From Octopus vulgaris (lineage: Eukaryota): DNA of 64,000 nt. The first letter of the stretch is position 1. The number at the start of each line of letters is the position of its first letter. Both the position numbers and the translations under genes were made by a program. The notes under the pieces are model-generated. The model was given only the letters and a program-made list of their open reading frames with translations. It searched no databases and had not been told where the DNA came from. This document shows positions 40,430-54,006 of this stretch, one piece after another. The stretch lies in the NCBI GenBank assembly GCA_951406725.2, contig OX597828.1:67456001-67520000 (forward strand), read 5' to 3'.

Positions 40430-40733
40430 CTGGTTCGCGGCCATTTTTTATCTATAGACTCCTTTAGCGACTATTTTATTCTGGTGGGCTCCCATAGCCA
40501 TTCGATGTTTTAAAACTAGTTTTATAGAAACTTCTTTCAAAATTCCTGTTTTGCTTTTCACACATTCACTTGCGTAAAATGTCAAAGACAGAAACCTAGC
40601 TGCTTCTTGCAATATATACATCGAAATCAAGTTTTTTCATAGATCCTTAAAATACTAATGCGGATCCCCACTTTACTATTTTGCTAGCGTGGACCCCCTA
40701 AAATCTTATCTGGTCCCCGATTGAGAACCACTG
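40430..40733. mobile_element. hAT-like non-autonomous element fragment
   Basis: Terminus ttgagaaccactg (reverse of cagtggttctcaa) with ggacccc subterminal motifs; other end unclear. Confidence 0.45.
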
Positions 40734-41119
40734 CTCTAACATGTTAATCAACCAACTACAGTAGAGAAATGCATCCAGACTTTATAGTAATTCAGTATTG
40801 ATCAGAGGAAATTGTATAAGTTATCGATAAGGATGGTATCATTACTTAATTATCGATTAGAGGATATCATCATGTAATGAATCAGATAACAGTCCTCATA
40901 TCGTTGTTCTTATAGTTTTATCTAATCTTCGATACATTATGGACTTGCTAAACATTTACACTCAGTTTTAAACTTCAAATATTCGAGGCGATCAAGATTA
41001 GAGAATCTGTGTCATTTTGAGATCCTTAAACATGACTATCTGGAAATATATTTTGCATAAAAGAGCATATTCTTGTTGATTAATGTATACCTTTATATTT
41101 GTCCGCTAAATATGATATA

Positions 41120-41527
41120 TATTTCCTTAATACCCACACGGGGCTAAACACAGAGGGGACAAACAAGGACAGACAAACGGATTAAGTCGATTACATCGAC
41201 CTCCAGTGCGTAACTGATACTTAATTTATCGACCCCGAAAGGATGAAAGGAAAAGTCGACCTCGGCGGAATTTGAACTCAGAACGTAACGGCAGACAAAA
41301 TACCTATTTCTTTACTACCCACAAGGGGCTAAACACAGAGAGGACAGACAAACGGATTAAGTCGATTATATCGACCTCAGTGCGTAACTGGTACTTATTT
41401 AATCGACCCCGAAAGGATGAAAGGCAAAGTCGACCTCGGCGGAATTTGAACTCAGAACGTAACGGCAGACGAAATACCGCTACGCATTTCGCCCGGCGTG
41501 CTAACGTTTCTGCCAGCTCGCCACCTT
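41120..41527 (-). mobile_element. SINE family A tandem dimer (full copy plus 5'-truncated copy)
   Basis: Two consecutive reverse copies joined near 41300. Confidence 0.9.
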
Positions 41528-42295
41528 CGACTGACACGACTCCTACCGTTACTATTACAACCAACACGACATCTACTGTTGATGTTCCGTAAAGAATAAC
41601 AACAACAACAACAGCATGACTATAATGTTCATAAAATGTTGCTTTATTAATTCAAAGCACAACAATTGCAACAACAAACATTAGAACCACAGCAAGAACC
41701 TCAAGAACAAGAACAAAAAAACAGTCATTACAACAAACAACAAACGAACTCCTTATATAGCTGCAATAGGAATCGTGATTTACTGTTAATTTGATTTTCA
41801 GTTTCTTCCATAGATGTAAAACATGCAGTTATCATGATGATGATCATGATGATGATGATCATCGTCATCATCATCATCATCTTTATCTGCAACATGAATG
41901 ATGGCTGAAATCATCGTCGTCGTTGTCACCAGTAATATATATATTTATCAACAGCACAACCACCATCATCATTACTACCACCTCCGCTACCTCCACCATA
42001 TCATCACATCTACCACCACCACCACAACCACCACTACCATCACAAACACACCATATAATTATCGATACCACCATTTTTCGACAATACCGTAATCATCATC
42101 ATCATCATCATCATCAACATCATCACCGCTACCGTCATCAACTCTGTTGTTCTTGGTAGGTGATAATGAATTCACTAGTAACAAAATATTGAATATTATT
42201 TGTATTAGTTATGATTTCTTTTGCACTTCTTTCTTGCACAGACAGACAGACACACTGACACAGACACACACACTCACACACATGTCACAAATATA

Positions 42296-43240
42296 AATAT
42301 GCATACATACATACATACATACATACATACATACATACATACATGCATGCATGCATGCATACATACATACATACATACATACATACATACATACATACAT
42401 ACATACATACATACATACATGCATGCATGCATGCATGCATACATACATACATACATACATACATACATACATACATACATACATACATACATGCATGCAT
42501 ACATACATACATACATACATACATGCATGCATGCATGCATACATACAAACATACATACATACATACATACATACATACATACATACATACATACATACAT
42601 GCATGCATGCATGCATGCATACATACATACATACATACATACATACATACATACATACATACATACATACATGCATGCATGCATGCATACATACATACAT
42701 ACATACATACATACATACATACATGCATGCATGCATACATACATACATACATACATACATACATACATACATACATACATACATACACGCATGCATGCAT
42801 GCATACATACATACATACATACATACATACATACATACATACATACATGCATGCATACATACATACATACATACATACATACATACATACATACATACAT
42901 ACATACATACATACATACATACATACATGCATGCATGCATGCATACATACATACATACATACATACATACATGCATGCATACATACATACATACATACAT
43001 ACATACATACATGCATGCATACATACATACATACATACATACATACATACATACATACATACATACATACATGCATGCATGCATGCATACATACATACAT
43101 ACATACATACATACATACATACATACATACATACATACATACATACATGCATGCATGCATGCATACATACATACATACATACATACATACATACATACAT
43201 ACATACATACATACATACATACATACATACATACATGCAT
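42296..43240. repeat. ~0.95-kb (CATA)n/(CATG)n microsatellite
   Basis: Direct. Confidence 0.95.
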
Positions 43241-43616
43241 ACACATACACACACGTGTATATTGTGTCGTCTTACAAAATGTAATACAAGTAGAGTGGTT
43301 TGCAAAATTATATTTTGCTGTTCATGTTCTTCAGCATTCAGTGTGTTATTTATTTCCTTGCATCTGTCACTGAAACCACTTCGACCGAACAGAAATACGG
43401 ATTCAATATTTACTATTCTAACTGTTATGACGGCTAACACTGTCCTCCTGGTGGCCAACACTGACTGCCATGGCTGCTAAGAGTATCAGTGCAGCAAACA
43501 ATCTTCCATTTACGCAAACAAACGTCTCGTTTAGCTTCTGCCCTTTTGTTCAGATGAATTGGGTTTCTTTCCATAAATGAGAACACAGTGCATGAGTGGA
43601 CGAATGGATAAGTACA

Positions 43617-44181
43617 CGCAAATATCTTGGGTCATATATATCATCATCTGAAAAAGATTTTCTAACTAGAAAGGGTATGACCTGGTCAGCCTGTAATGAT
43701 ATGCATAAGATCTGGTCATCAAATCTAAGTAGAGATTTCAAACTTAAAATCTTCAAAGCCACAGTCGAACCAATTCTACTATATGGCTCAGAAACCTGGA
43801 CATTATCAAAGAAGCTTGAGAGGCGGTTGGATGGAACCTACACTCGCCTCCTTATGAGAGCTCAAAATTTCTCGTGGAAGCGTCATCCAACCAAAATGCA
43901 AATATATGGGAAACTACCACCTGTATCATCTCTTGTGAAAGGTAGAAGAGTCCAGTTTGCTGGACATTGTTGTAGAGCTGAAAACGAGGTAATTTCTCCT
44001 CTTCTCCTCTGGAAGCCATCTGCTCGCGATACCAGAGGGCGCACACTCTCCTACCCTGATGCAATCTCCAGGGATACAGGCATCCAGCAACAGGACCTCC
44101 GTAATGCTATGATGGACCGTGAAGTGTGGCGCAACATAGTAAATTCCATTGTCTCGATCACGGTCGGACAATGATGATGAT
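43617..44181 (+). pseudogene. RTE-clade LINE, 5'-truncated 3' end
   Basis: KYLGSYI..LLYGSETW..FAGHC..GR..DREVWR open to the stop, followed directly by a (TGA)n tail. Confidence 0.9.
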
Positions 44182-44275
44182 GTATACGTATAAAATTCAA
44201 GATACATTTACTTGCATGTGTTCACACATACACACACACCACACCACACCACACACACACACACACAAAAACACA

Positions 44276-44356
<81 letters not shown>

Positions 44357-44412
44357 TATATATAGCACATATACTTCGTACATATGTGTACGCACGTACG
44401 TTCACATATATA

Positions 44413-45015
44413 CGAGGTCTGATCAAAAGGTATTGAGTCTGTCGCTATGGTAACGGAGCCAAAGTAAGGAGAGCGAAGCCGTTCGCCACAAGTTGACCAT
44501 GAACTCTGTCGCGCATGCACACTAAGCTACAACGTTCTCGCTCACTTCCGTTGTTTGTAGCAGTGCCTGGGAGTAAAGTGTGTAGAGCGTGTTCGTTTCA
44601 CCTCACCACAGTTTCCGGCCATGTTAGAGAAAATATGTGTATGCGTGTGTATGTGAGAGAGAGAGATAGGGGGAGGGAGAGCGTGCATGGAAAGAGATAA
44701 AGCTTGAAGATTATTACGGCCAAGATATTTTTCCAAAAATGAAAGGAACAAGATTTCCAGCCGTCGAGGTAATCAAAAAGAATGCAACAAAGCAGCCGCC
44801 CGGTATTTCCACCCACCCCAACCTGCACACACACATACACAAAGAAAGGGGTTCCAGAAATATTTCCATGAATGGGAACGACACTGGATCAGTGTGTGAA
44901 TTCAGAAGCGGATTACTTCTAATGATATCAAATGCCGAACTGATGAGACGTGTTGTTGTGTCGTATTTTCTTTTTACAGCACCGACGCGATACCTTTTTT
45001 TTTAATGAGACCTCT
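44413..45015 (+). mobile_element. Mariner deletion derivative
   Basis: TA-flanked TIRs cgaggtctgatcaaaaggtat / atacctttttttttaatgagacctc; remnant FPKMKGTRF..EVIKKNATKQ and FHEWERHW resemble a mariner C-terminus. Confidence 0.7.
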
Positions 45016-45065
45016 TATATAGAGATGCGTATTACACCCTTAATTTTACATTCGATCCAGATATA

Positions 45066-45508
45066 GGATCTTTTCGGCTTGAACGGCAGTTTTTAACATA
45101 ATTTCTAGGGAACTAAAAAATGTTAAACTTCGTATACTGGTAGAATGTGTTTATAAAACATCTTTTTCTCTTGGCTTTATTGAGAAAATTCTATAGTTTG
45201 TAAGATATTTGCTGTTTTTTTCTTCAATTTCTGCAATTTCAACCAATCACTGACGTCCATTGAAGTAAACAACATTTTGTGCCGTATGAATATGTCCCTC
45301 GTTTAAGAAACAGATTGGGTTTATTTACATTTGTGAAGAAAAAAAGATACCCTTCCCCTCACCCCTAACCCTAACCCTAACTAACCCTAACTAACCCTAA
45401 CCCTAAAATAGATTGAAATGCAATAGATCGATACAAGGGTCATAATTATGGGTGAAAATTTCATATGACACCGCTAGAAAAAAACTGCCGTTCAAACCGA
45501 AAAGATCC
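45066..45508. mobile_element. MITE with GG-starting ~29-bp TIRs, 8-bp TSD and internal (CCCTAA)n
   Basis: ggatcttttcggcttgaacggcagttttt / aaaaactgccgttcaaaccgaaaagatcc; TSD cagatata at 45058-45065 and 45509-45516. Confidence 0.9.
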
Positions 45509-45584
45509 CAGATATATTATATATCAAGCGTGGCTGTGTGGTAAGAAGCTTGCTTCCAAACCACATGGCTCCGGTGTTATTATT

Positions 45585-45645
<61 letters not shown>

Positions 45646-47165
45646 GTTTCTAATATAGGCGCAGAGCCAGCAATTCTTAAGAAAGGAAATTCGTCGATAG
45701 GAATCGGCCCCGAAAAAAAATGAATGCAAAGTTGGCCACTGTGAGATCTGAACTCAGAACGTAAAGAACCGGGAAACATTGTTTTATAAAACGTCATTTT
45801 TTTTTTCTGCAACAGCTTCTGATGTTTATAGAGCAGAATGTGTGAAATTGTTCAAAAGTGTTTTGATATGAATCGTTCCAGCAGTCTGCATCTTGAACTA
45901 TATCAACTAATGTGCTCTTCTATTTTTTAACACGTTTAGGTTTAATTCATTTTCGCAATTTGGTTGCTATTCCTAGCAAATCAAAAAGAACCCCATGTAG
46001 CTGGCAGTGTTCCAACATGGCTGCAACCCAATGTTTGGAATCAGTACAAGAGTTAAAATAGGAACTATTCAGTTTCCATCATTAATTCTCCTGTAATTAT
46101 GATACCACATTGGAATTTCAGATTCCATTATATACTTTAGTACGATGCAGTCGCTCCTCCATACAAAAGAACTCTTTCTTGTCCTTGCTTTGCCAATTAT
46201 AGCTTTATACCAATTAAAGGCTAATTAGTGCTACACATGCTTGGCTAGGTAAAATGCAAGTAATTCTTGAAGAAAAAATCTCCAGTTTCCAAATTCTTTT
46301 TAAGGATAGAATGCGTTACCTACAGCAAAGTTGGTTCTGTTACTTTTTCAAGATTTGATGTAATAACAAGAATTGAATCTAGCAGCAATATCAGTTAAAA
46401 CGTACAATCTGTTCTGTTTATTTAATTAGCTCAGCCGAAATAATAACTCATACAATATCTACAGCTTCCATCCTTTCTGTGTTCACAGAATTTCGCAACC
46501 TAATCCTTTTGATACTTGTGGGGTGTGTGGTTTGATTTTAATGTCTTTATAGAACAAATAATGCAATAATTAAAGTAACGTGTGTATATAAACATACATG
46601 TATATTTAAATAGTGTACGTGTCTGCGTGTGTGCGCACGTGTGTGTAAGTCTGCATATAAATATGACTTCCTCTATAATTTGGTGGTGGAGATAAAAGTT
46701 TTTTGTTACCAAAGTTAATGTATTAAGAGAAATAGAGCCTGTATAATGCTCAAATACCCGCATATTTACAACACAATTGGTATGTTAGTGTCAACATGAT
46801 TAATGCATGTTTTATTAAAACGCTATTTGAATATTTAAAAAAAAAAAGTTATTTTGGTAGAATTGTGTGACAACTCCAAATATGTTTCGATATTATTCTG
46901 CTTTCCTTAGCAAAATAGAGATTGAATTGTTTGGAAATTTAATAATTGTAATATAGATTTTTTCGGTTAACGTATTTAATATTTTAACTCCAAGATAGTA
47001 AACTCGGTCTGCCATCCAGTTTGACACCACAATTTGGTACTTGGGTGTGCCTAGCGGAGTACAATCTGTAACAAACATTCAGGCCAAGACTCTTGCCTGA
47101 AAATAACTTCTTCCCTTCCTTTCTTTTGTTTCAGGGACCTTTTGAAAGTATTATGAGATGGATAC

Positions 47166-47958
47166 GGGGCCGGATTAAGACCCGTAAAGGTCTTAAGCAC
47201 TTAAAAAATGTTGGTGTCCTTACTTATACATGTAATTAAAAATATAAACAATAATATACCTATTTCTTTACTACCCACAAGGGGTTAAACGCAGAAGGGA
47301 CAAACAAGGACAGACAAACGGGTTAAGTCGATTATATCGACCCCAGTGTGTAACTGGTACTTAATTTATCGACCCCGAAAGGATGAAAGGCAAAGTCAAC
47401 CTCGGCGGAATTTGAACTCAGAACGTAGCGGCAGACGAAATACGGCTACGCATTTCACCCGGCGTGCTAACGTAATATGGTATATTATTATAAACAATAA
47501 TATACCATACAATAAATTTCTATTTTTCAAAATGAAACAAAACTAATAGTAAGCTGGAAAATAATACTTACAATTGAATACCTCTGCTTTATATTTGAAA
47601 AATTTTCTCCTACAGCTTTTTTTTTAATTACAAAGTCTTAGATCAAATCCTTGAAATTAATCTTATGTAACACATCTGCTTCTATACTTAGTAGAGATAA
47701 GGCATTCAGCCTGCCTTATCAAATAATTCTCCTGATTGGACTTCTAATAAACTCCAACTGAGAAAATGAACGCTTAGCTGAATAATTTGTGACAATGTTT
47801 AAAATATACGAAAGACAATATCTACATTTCGAAAGACACATTCAATGATGTTTAAAGGGAATTCTTTTGTGCCATAAACCATTCACTATTTCTGTGGTGC
47901 CTCTCTTCCTTTGATACCGTAAGCACGTGCTCTTTTGCTTTCAGGTTAATCCAGCGAT
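47166..47958 (-). mobile_element. hAT deletion derivative with dimerisation-domain remnant
   Basis: TIR-like gccggattaa / ttaatccagc; minus strand ~47598-47850 reads FRNVDIVFRIF..VTNYSAKRSFSQL..RLNALSLLSIEADVL. Confidence 0.75.
47261..47472 (-). mobile_element. SINE family A nested in the hAT element, 18-bp TSD
   Basis: tataaacaataatatacc at 47243-47260 and 47489-47506. Confidence 0.9.
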
Positions 47959-48072
47959 GGGCCGATGGCTGCACATCATCCACTGAATTACTCTTTTAAA
48001 CACATAAACAATACGTCAACAGTGGTTGATTTTCTTGCAGATGATGTAACTCTGTGGTGATCATGTATAAAT

Positions 48073-48486
48073 ACAGAAACCTGGCTCAGAAACCTGGACG
48101 TTATCAAAGAAGTTTGAGAGACGGTTGGATGGAACTTACACTCGCCTCCTTATGAGAGCTGAAAATCTTTCGTAGAAGCGTCATCCAACCAAAGTACAAA
48201 TATATGGGAAACTACCACCTGTATCATCTCTTGTGAAAGGTAGAAGAGTCCAGTTTGCTGGACACTGCTGTAGAGCTGAAAACGAGGTAATTTCTACTCT
48301 TCTCCTTTGGAAGCCATCTGCTCGTGATACCAGAGAGCACACACTTTCCTACCCTGATGCAATCTCCAGGGATACAGGCGTCCAGCAACAGGACCTCCGT
48401 AATGCTATGATGGACCGTGAAGTCTGGAGTAGCATAGTAAATTCCATTGTCTCGACCACGATCGAACAATGATGATGATGATGATG
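48073..48486 (+). pseudogene. RTE-clade LINE, second 5'-truncated copy with TSD
   Basis: Close match to 43785-44181; (TGA)n tail; TSD atgtataaat at 48063-48072 and 48487-48496. Confidence 0.9.
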
Positions 48487-48666
48487 ATGTATAAATTATT
48501 TTTTGTAGTGATTATACGTGATTCAACGTGTTACGCTATGGATGCCATTGTTACAGTTCTAGATTTTGAACTAATTTCATTAAATTCGTATTTTGTGTAG
48601 AATGACAGATTCGGGAAAACAGTTTCCAAGGAATATGAAAAACCACAAGCCATTATAACCTGGCAT

Positions 48667-48880
48667 CAAGGCGGCAAACTGGCAGAATCGTTAGCATGCC
48701 GGGCAAAATACTCAGCAGTATGTTGTCCGTCTTAATGTTTTGATTTCAAATTCCGCCGAGGTCGACTTTGCCTTTCATCCTTTCGGGATCGATAAATTAA
48801 ATACCAGTGAAATACTGGGGTTGATGTAATTGACTAGCTCCTCCCTCAAATTTCAGGTTTTGTGCCTATACTAGAAAGGG
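48667..48880 (+). mobile_element. SINE family A (older variant)
   Basis: Head and core motifs; tgacctggcatca after the element repeats the upstream taacctggcatca as a probable TSD. Confidence 0.85.
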
Positions 48881-49635
48881 TTATGACCTGGCATCATTTC
48901 TCAGGACTTCAAACACACACACACATACACACACACACATGCACGTACACGCACATATATATGCAGCCCCTGAATAGCCCATTTCCATGGGGGAATTTTA
49001 GCCTGGATTTCTCTTTAGTTTATTTAATTTTCGTTCGTTTTTTTCCCCTTTAACCGTCTTCCTCTTTCCATTCTATTTCCTATTTCGAAAACGAAGAATG
49101 CTTTCAAAATGTTTATGCACAGGTGCTGCTAGTGGTATTGGTTTCACAAGTTGTAATGACTGTAGTAGTAGCAGAATGGGTAATAGTTGTAAAATGGTAG
49201 TTGTCGCGGCAGTAGTCTGTGCCATATTGAACTTTTAGCGGTGTTGATGGTGGTGGTGGTGGCGGCGGCGATGGTATGGCGACAGAAGTAATTTCACTAC
49301 TTCAAAAATGAGACACAACAATAAAACGTGCAGCTCGCGTGCATTGGCCAATACTTCACTATAAATACATATGCATTATATGCAGCTTTATGTCTCCATC
49401 TTTCACTATCTCAACTCACTCTCTGTTTCTTTCTCTCTCTCTCTCCCACTCTCTCCCTCTTTCTCTCTCTATAACTGCTTTACTCTGTTGTGATAATTTT
49501 ATGAATATCATGACTTTGAGATTAAGACGGAGTAGTGGAGAATATCCATATATGTATGAATATGCCCGTCTCTATACAGAGACGCATTCATATACGTATG
49601 TATTTACATATACATATGTGTATACATGTGTGCAC

Positions 49636-49763
<128 letters not shown>

Positions 49764-50395
49764 GTGTATCTATGTATGTATCTATGTATATATATACACA
49801 CAAATATAATTAAAATTCAGAAAATGGAGATGTTGCATTAATGCAATTTATTATATACATATATAAATACAGACAGACGTGAAGGAACCTGGTAATAAGA
49901 GCAAATAGGGATAAAGATGGAGGGGCGAGAATTCGGGACGAAGGATAAAAAAAATATATAAAAAGTGTAAGTATAGAAAAATATAAAAATGTAGAGTATA
50001 AAGATATAAAGAGATATAGAAAGATATAAAAAAATATAAAAAGATATAAATGAATATAAAGGTATAAAGTTATAAAAAAATAAAAAAATAAAAAAATTTA
50101 AAAAATAAAAAAAATAAATAAATTATCAGAAGTATAAAGGGTATAAGAAGTATAAGAGTGTAGGAATGTAAAAGAATATAAGGATAAGGGATATATAGTA
50201 GTTACGGACCAAACATGGTGGTCAGGAAAATGACAAATTCTGGTTGTAGAAGCCTTGGGTGTCATAAATCAACCGGGGCGTCTGGGCGCTTCATTTTTAT
50301 GCTGTTGCCGCATTATGTCGTACGCGAATGAGAGGATTTGCATCCCCAACGTAGAATTTCTGATGTAATACATGTCCTTGAGGTAGTAGTTGTGC

Positions 50396-50473
50396 GCGGC
50401 TGAAGAAGGCCATAGACACACATTATGCATTGTTATAAATCCGTCTAATAAAGGCCCGAAACATATGTACCGC
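50396..50473 (+). ncRNA. Type-I hammerhead with extended stem II
   Basis: GCGG-CTGAAGA-aGGCC..41 nt..GGCCc-GAAA-CATATG-TA-CCGC; ~100 bp upstream of a (TA)n tract. Confidence 0.7.
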
Positions 50474-50580
50474 TGAATCCTTGGCATCGTGTTTTTATTT
50501 TGATTAATTTACTCCACCACCTACACCACCAAACGGTAGATACAGGTGCTTACAATTATCAAGTACTCACCCTGAATTTC

Positions 50581-50661
<81 letters not shown>

Positions 50662-50662
50662 G

Positions 50663-50739
<77 letters not shown>

Positions 50740-50785
50740 AATATAATATAATATAATATAATATAATATAATATAATATAATATA

Positions 50786-51897
50786 CTAGCAGTATAGGCT
50801 GGCTTTGCTCGGGATTAAGTTAGAATTATTAAGCTAATCAAGTTCTTTATTTCAAACCAAACTAAGTAACATCGACGTCAAATTTGGGTGAAATCCATTG
50901 AAATTGGTAAACTTTTGGCTGAAAATGAGTTGCAGAAAACTTGATTGGGTAATCCCATAAAGAATCGGTTTATCTATTTTTTCCACTCATCGACTTTTTT
51001 TTTTCGTTTTTGGAGAACTTAAAGCACTCAAAGATCCCATGAGTTCTTAGTAATGCTGGCATTAAGTTTGAACAAAATACATCATAATTGGTGAAAGTTA
51101 TGGTTGAAAATAGAGTGTAGCCAATTTCATTAGGAAATCCTATAAGGAATCGGTTTATCGATTTCTTTTTTATCATGATTAAATGGAAAACGCCATAAGG
51201 AATCAGCTTATTGATTTTTCACACCAAATAGGACTTAACCGAACACAATATTGCTGATTCAAAAACATCTATGTTTATACTTTAAAGTTGGTTTTCACAC
51301 CCAACCTAGTTCTGCAGAATCAGTGTCCCGACGGGTTGCACATGCTAGCCCTTTGAAAACACCATCCCATCATCTAACCCCACTTTGCCCATGGGTTGAG
51401 AACCTTTCCAGCAAGGAAAATAGAATGCCCAACAGGGATCCCGATCCTCTGTGTCAAAAACGGTTATGTTCAGATCACAACTAAGTCTTAAGTATATATA
51501 TATATATGGGCAACACACACACACATACACGCACGTACGTACGTAAACCTATTGCATACATGTTCGTGTGTGTGTGTTGCCCGTATTTCAACAAAACATT
51601 TTTCCTCGATGGAAAAAGAAACAACAAAAGTCTTACTCGTCGCTAGGAGGGGACTTAACTCTTATTTGTAAACAATGGTAATTTCTTCGACTTGAAAATT
51701 GTTAAAAGTTTTGGTTGAAAATTTATTTTTACTCTTATTCGCTGGTGCCTCTGGGGGAAATAAGTTGACGAAAATACAGCTGGATCATGACGAATGTCCT
51801 CCTAAAATTGGAGCGACAAGCGTGCTAATTTGTGGACGTGCATAAATTACATTCACGTACACACACACACACATATTCTGCCTTTTATATATACAGA
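50786..51897 (-). mobile_element. Non-autonomous Helitron, family H2
   Basis: Minus strand A|TCTGTATATATAAAAGGCAG 5' end; decayed hairpin ccgagcaaagccag then CTAG|T; internal sub-repeats (cataaagaatcggtttatc-like, three times). Confidence 0.7.
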
Positions 51898-51904
51898 TAT
51901 ATAG

Positions 51905-52456
51905 CGTAGTGTTAGCACTAAGCAATGTTTAGGCATGAGCAGAATTAGGTAAGTTGAAATATGTTTGTCACATATTTTAACAACTAAAAGGCAAATTCAT
52001 TGCAGTTACCGTGGAGAAAATATCTCTCTTATGGTAAAAAGGTGTGAAAACACCCGGTTCATTCAGTGTCGCCATCTATTAGGAATCTCAGACAAATTTC
52101 AATTTACCTAATTCTGCTCATGCTTAAACTGTACTTAGCACTAACACTTTGTTATTTTCCCTCAGTCGGGCGATCTACTAGCGCAAGTCAGTCAACGTGT
52201 TGACTGAATTATGCATAAAGCTACGGCTTTATAAGTTCGTTCAGAGTCGCCTCTCTTAGGTACATCTCATTGACAAGAGCCAAGAAGTTGAAACATCGAT
52301 GTTTGAAATTCCAAATAGATGGCGACACTAAAACGAACCAGGTGTTTTCACACCTTTTTACCATAAGAGAGATATATTATCCGCGGTAGCTGCAACGTAT
52401 TTACCTTTTAGTAGTTGAAATATGTGACAAACATATTTCAACTTAACCTAATTCTG

Positions 52457-52461
<5 letters not shown>
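51905..52461. mobile_element. Inverted-repeat structure, probably Penelope-type pseudo-LTR copies with a decayed hammerhead
   Basis: 51933-52095 is the reverse complement of ~52300-52461; 52103-52149 is inverted relative to 51905-51952; GAAA-CATCGATG-T at 52290-52302. Confidence 0.65.
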
Positions 52462-52499
<38 letters not shown>

Positions 52500-53107
52500 A
52501 TATATATACTTATATACATACATACACATACATACATACATAAATACATACATACATACCTACCTACATACATACATACATACACACATACATACATGTA
52601 TATATATATACACACACACACTTATATTCAAATATGAATCAGAAGCAGCACTAGTGTTGTAGACATTATCGACCACGCATACTCAATGTACCATGTATAC
52701 TTGTTTACCGGCAGGTTGCGTTAGCGCGGTGGGGGTGACTCCCGCAAAGCGCTGGGTGTTTAAACATCTCGGCCGCACGCGTGCAAACATTCGCACGCAC
52801 ACTCACATGTACGTATATATGCATATACTTGCGTATACATATGTATATGTATGTTGGTATGTAAGTATATGTATGCATGTATATGTTCATATGTGTGTGT
52901 GTGTGTGTGTGTATAGACAGAGCAACGGACAGACAGACAGACAAAAGAGACGGACAGATAAATAGTTAGGTAGATAAACAGGCAAATAGATTAATAGAGA
53001 GAAGTAAATACAGAGAGAGAAACAAACACAAGTTTATTTACATGCCTACCTTGGTAGGTAAGCAGGTACATAGACATGTTTTGTGCATCTGTAATATATA
53101 CTGATGT

Positions 53108-53445
53108 GAAGGCGCATGGCTCAGTGGTTAGGGCGTCGAGCTTACGATCGTGAGGTTGTGAGCTCGAATCCCGGACAGGGCTGCGAGTTGTGTTCTTGAG
53201 CAAGACACTTTATTTCAGGTTGCTCCAGTTCACTCAGCTGTAGAAATGAGTTGCGACGTCACAGGTGCCAAGCTGTATCGGCCGTTGCCTTTCCCTTGGA
53301 TAACACTGGTGGCGTGGAGAGGGGAGGCCGGTATGCATGGGTGACTGCTGGTCTTCCATAAACAACTTTGCCCGGACTTGTGCCTGGGAGGGTAACTTTC
53401 TAGGTGCAATCTCATGGTCTTTGTCGTGATCGAAGGGGGTCTCAG
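53108..53445 (+). mobile_element. tRNA-headed SINE, family D
   Basis: tggctcagtggttaggg (A box), agctcgaatccc (B box), gtgttcttgagcaagacacttta central motif; atatatactga duplicated at both flanks. Confidence 0.85.
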
Positions 53446-54006
53446 AATATATACTGACGAAATTTGACACATTAATCATCAGAAAGACGTACTTAAGCAC
53501 CTATGTAGATAGTAGCAGGAAGATACATAAATTGTGAGAACACACGCAATACATTTATATGATCGCCATCATTATCATGGTCATCGTCATCAACGTCATC
53601 ATCATAAACATCATCATTATAATTAAGACCATTGTTCCATGCTATTGATATCAGTAGATGTCTCAGTTATCGCCTCGCTCAGTTCTTTGTCATAATATGG
53701 TTTAGTGGTCAGGAGATGAAGTTCTTACTTGTACTTGCTGCAGCATTCACTCGGAGTGGGTTGAGCTGGCTCCGACCAAGGAGTTCATCATGTCCCTCAG
53801 GAATGCTGACCACGTCCGACGGATAAGTACCTCATACGAGAGCAAGCGCGTCGGATAGCGCGATCGCCTTAGATGTAGTCGTCATTGGCTGTTGCGGTGT
53901 AGAGTTCGTGTTTCAGAGTTTCAGGGGGAATACAAGCTCACTTGTGGTGCCCGATCACATACGGACACAGTTTCGGATATCATAATCCAGAGCAGCTCAT
54001 CTTACC

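Noticed and set aside
45362-45406. Telomere or chromosome-fusion relic
   Set aside because: Short, interrupted array inside a TIR element with a TSD.
46050-47130. Possible LINE RT remnants (YYLGVKI)
   Set aside because: A single short motif in heavily decayed sequence; too weak to call.
53108-53185. tRNA gene (also 6106-6180 and family A/B heads)
   Set aside because: A and B boxes run into SINE bodies and tails; no complete cloverleaf or adjacent terminator.
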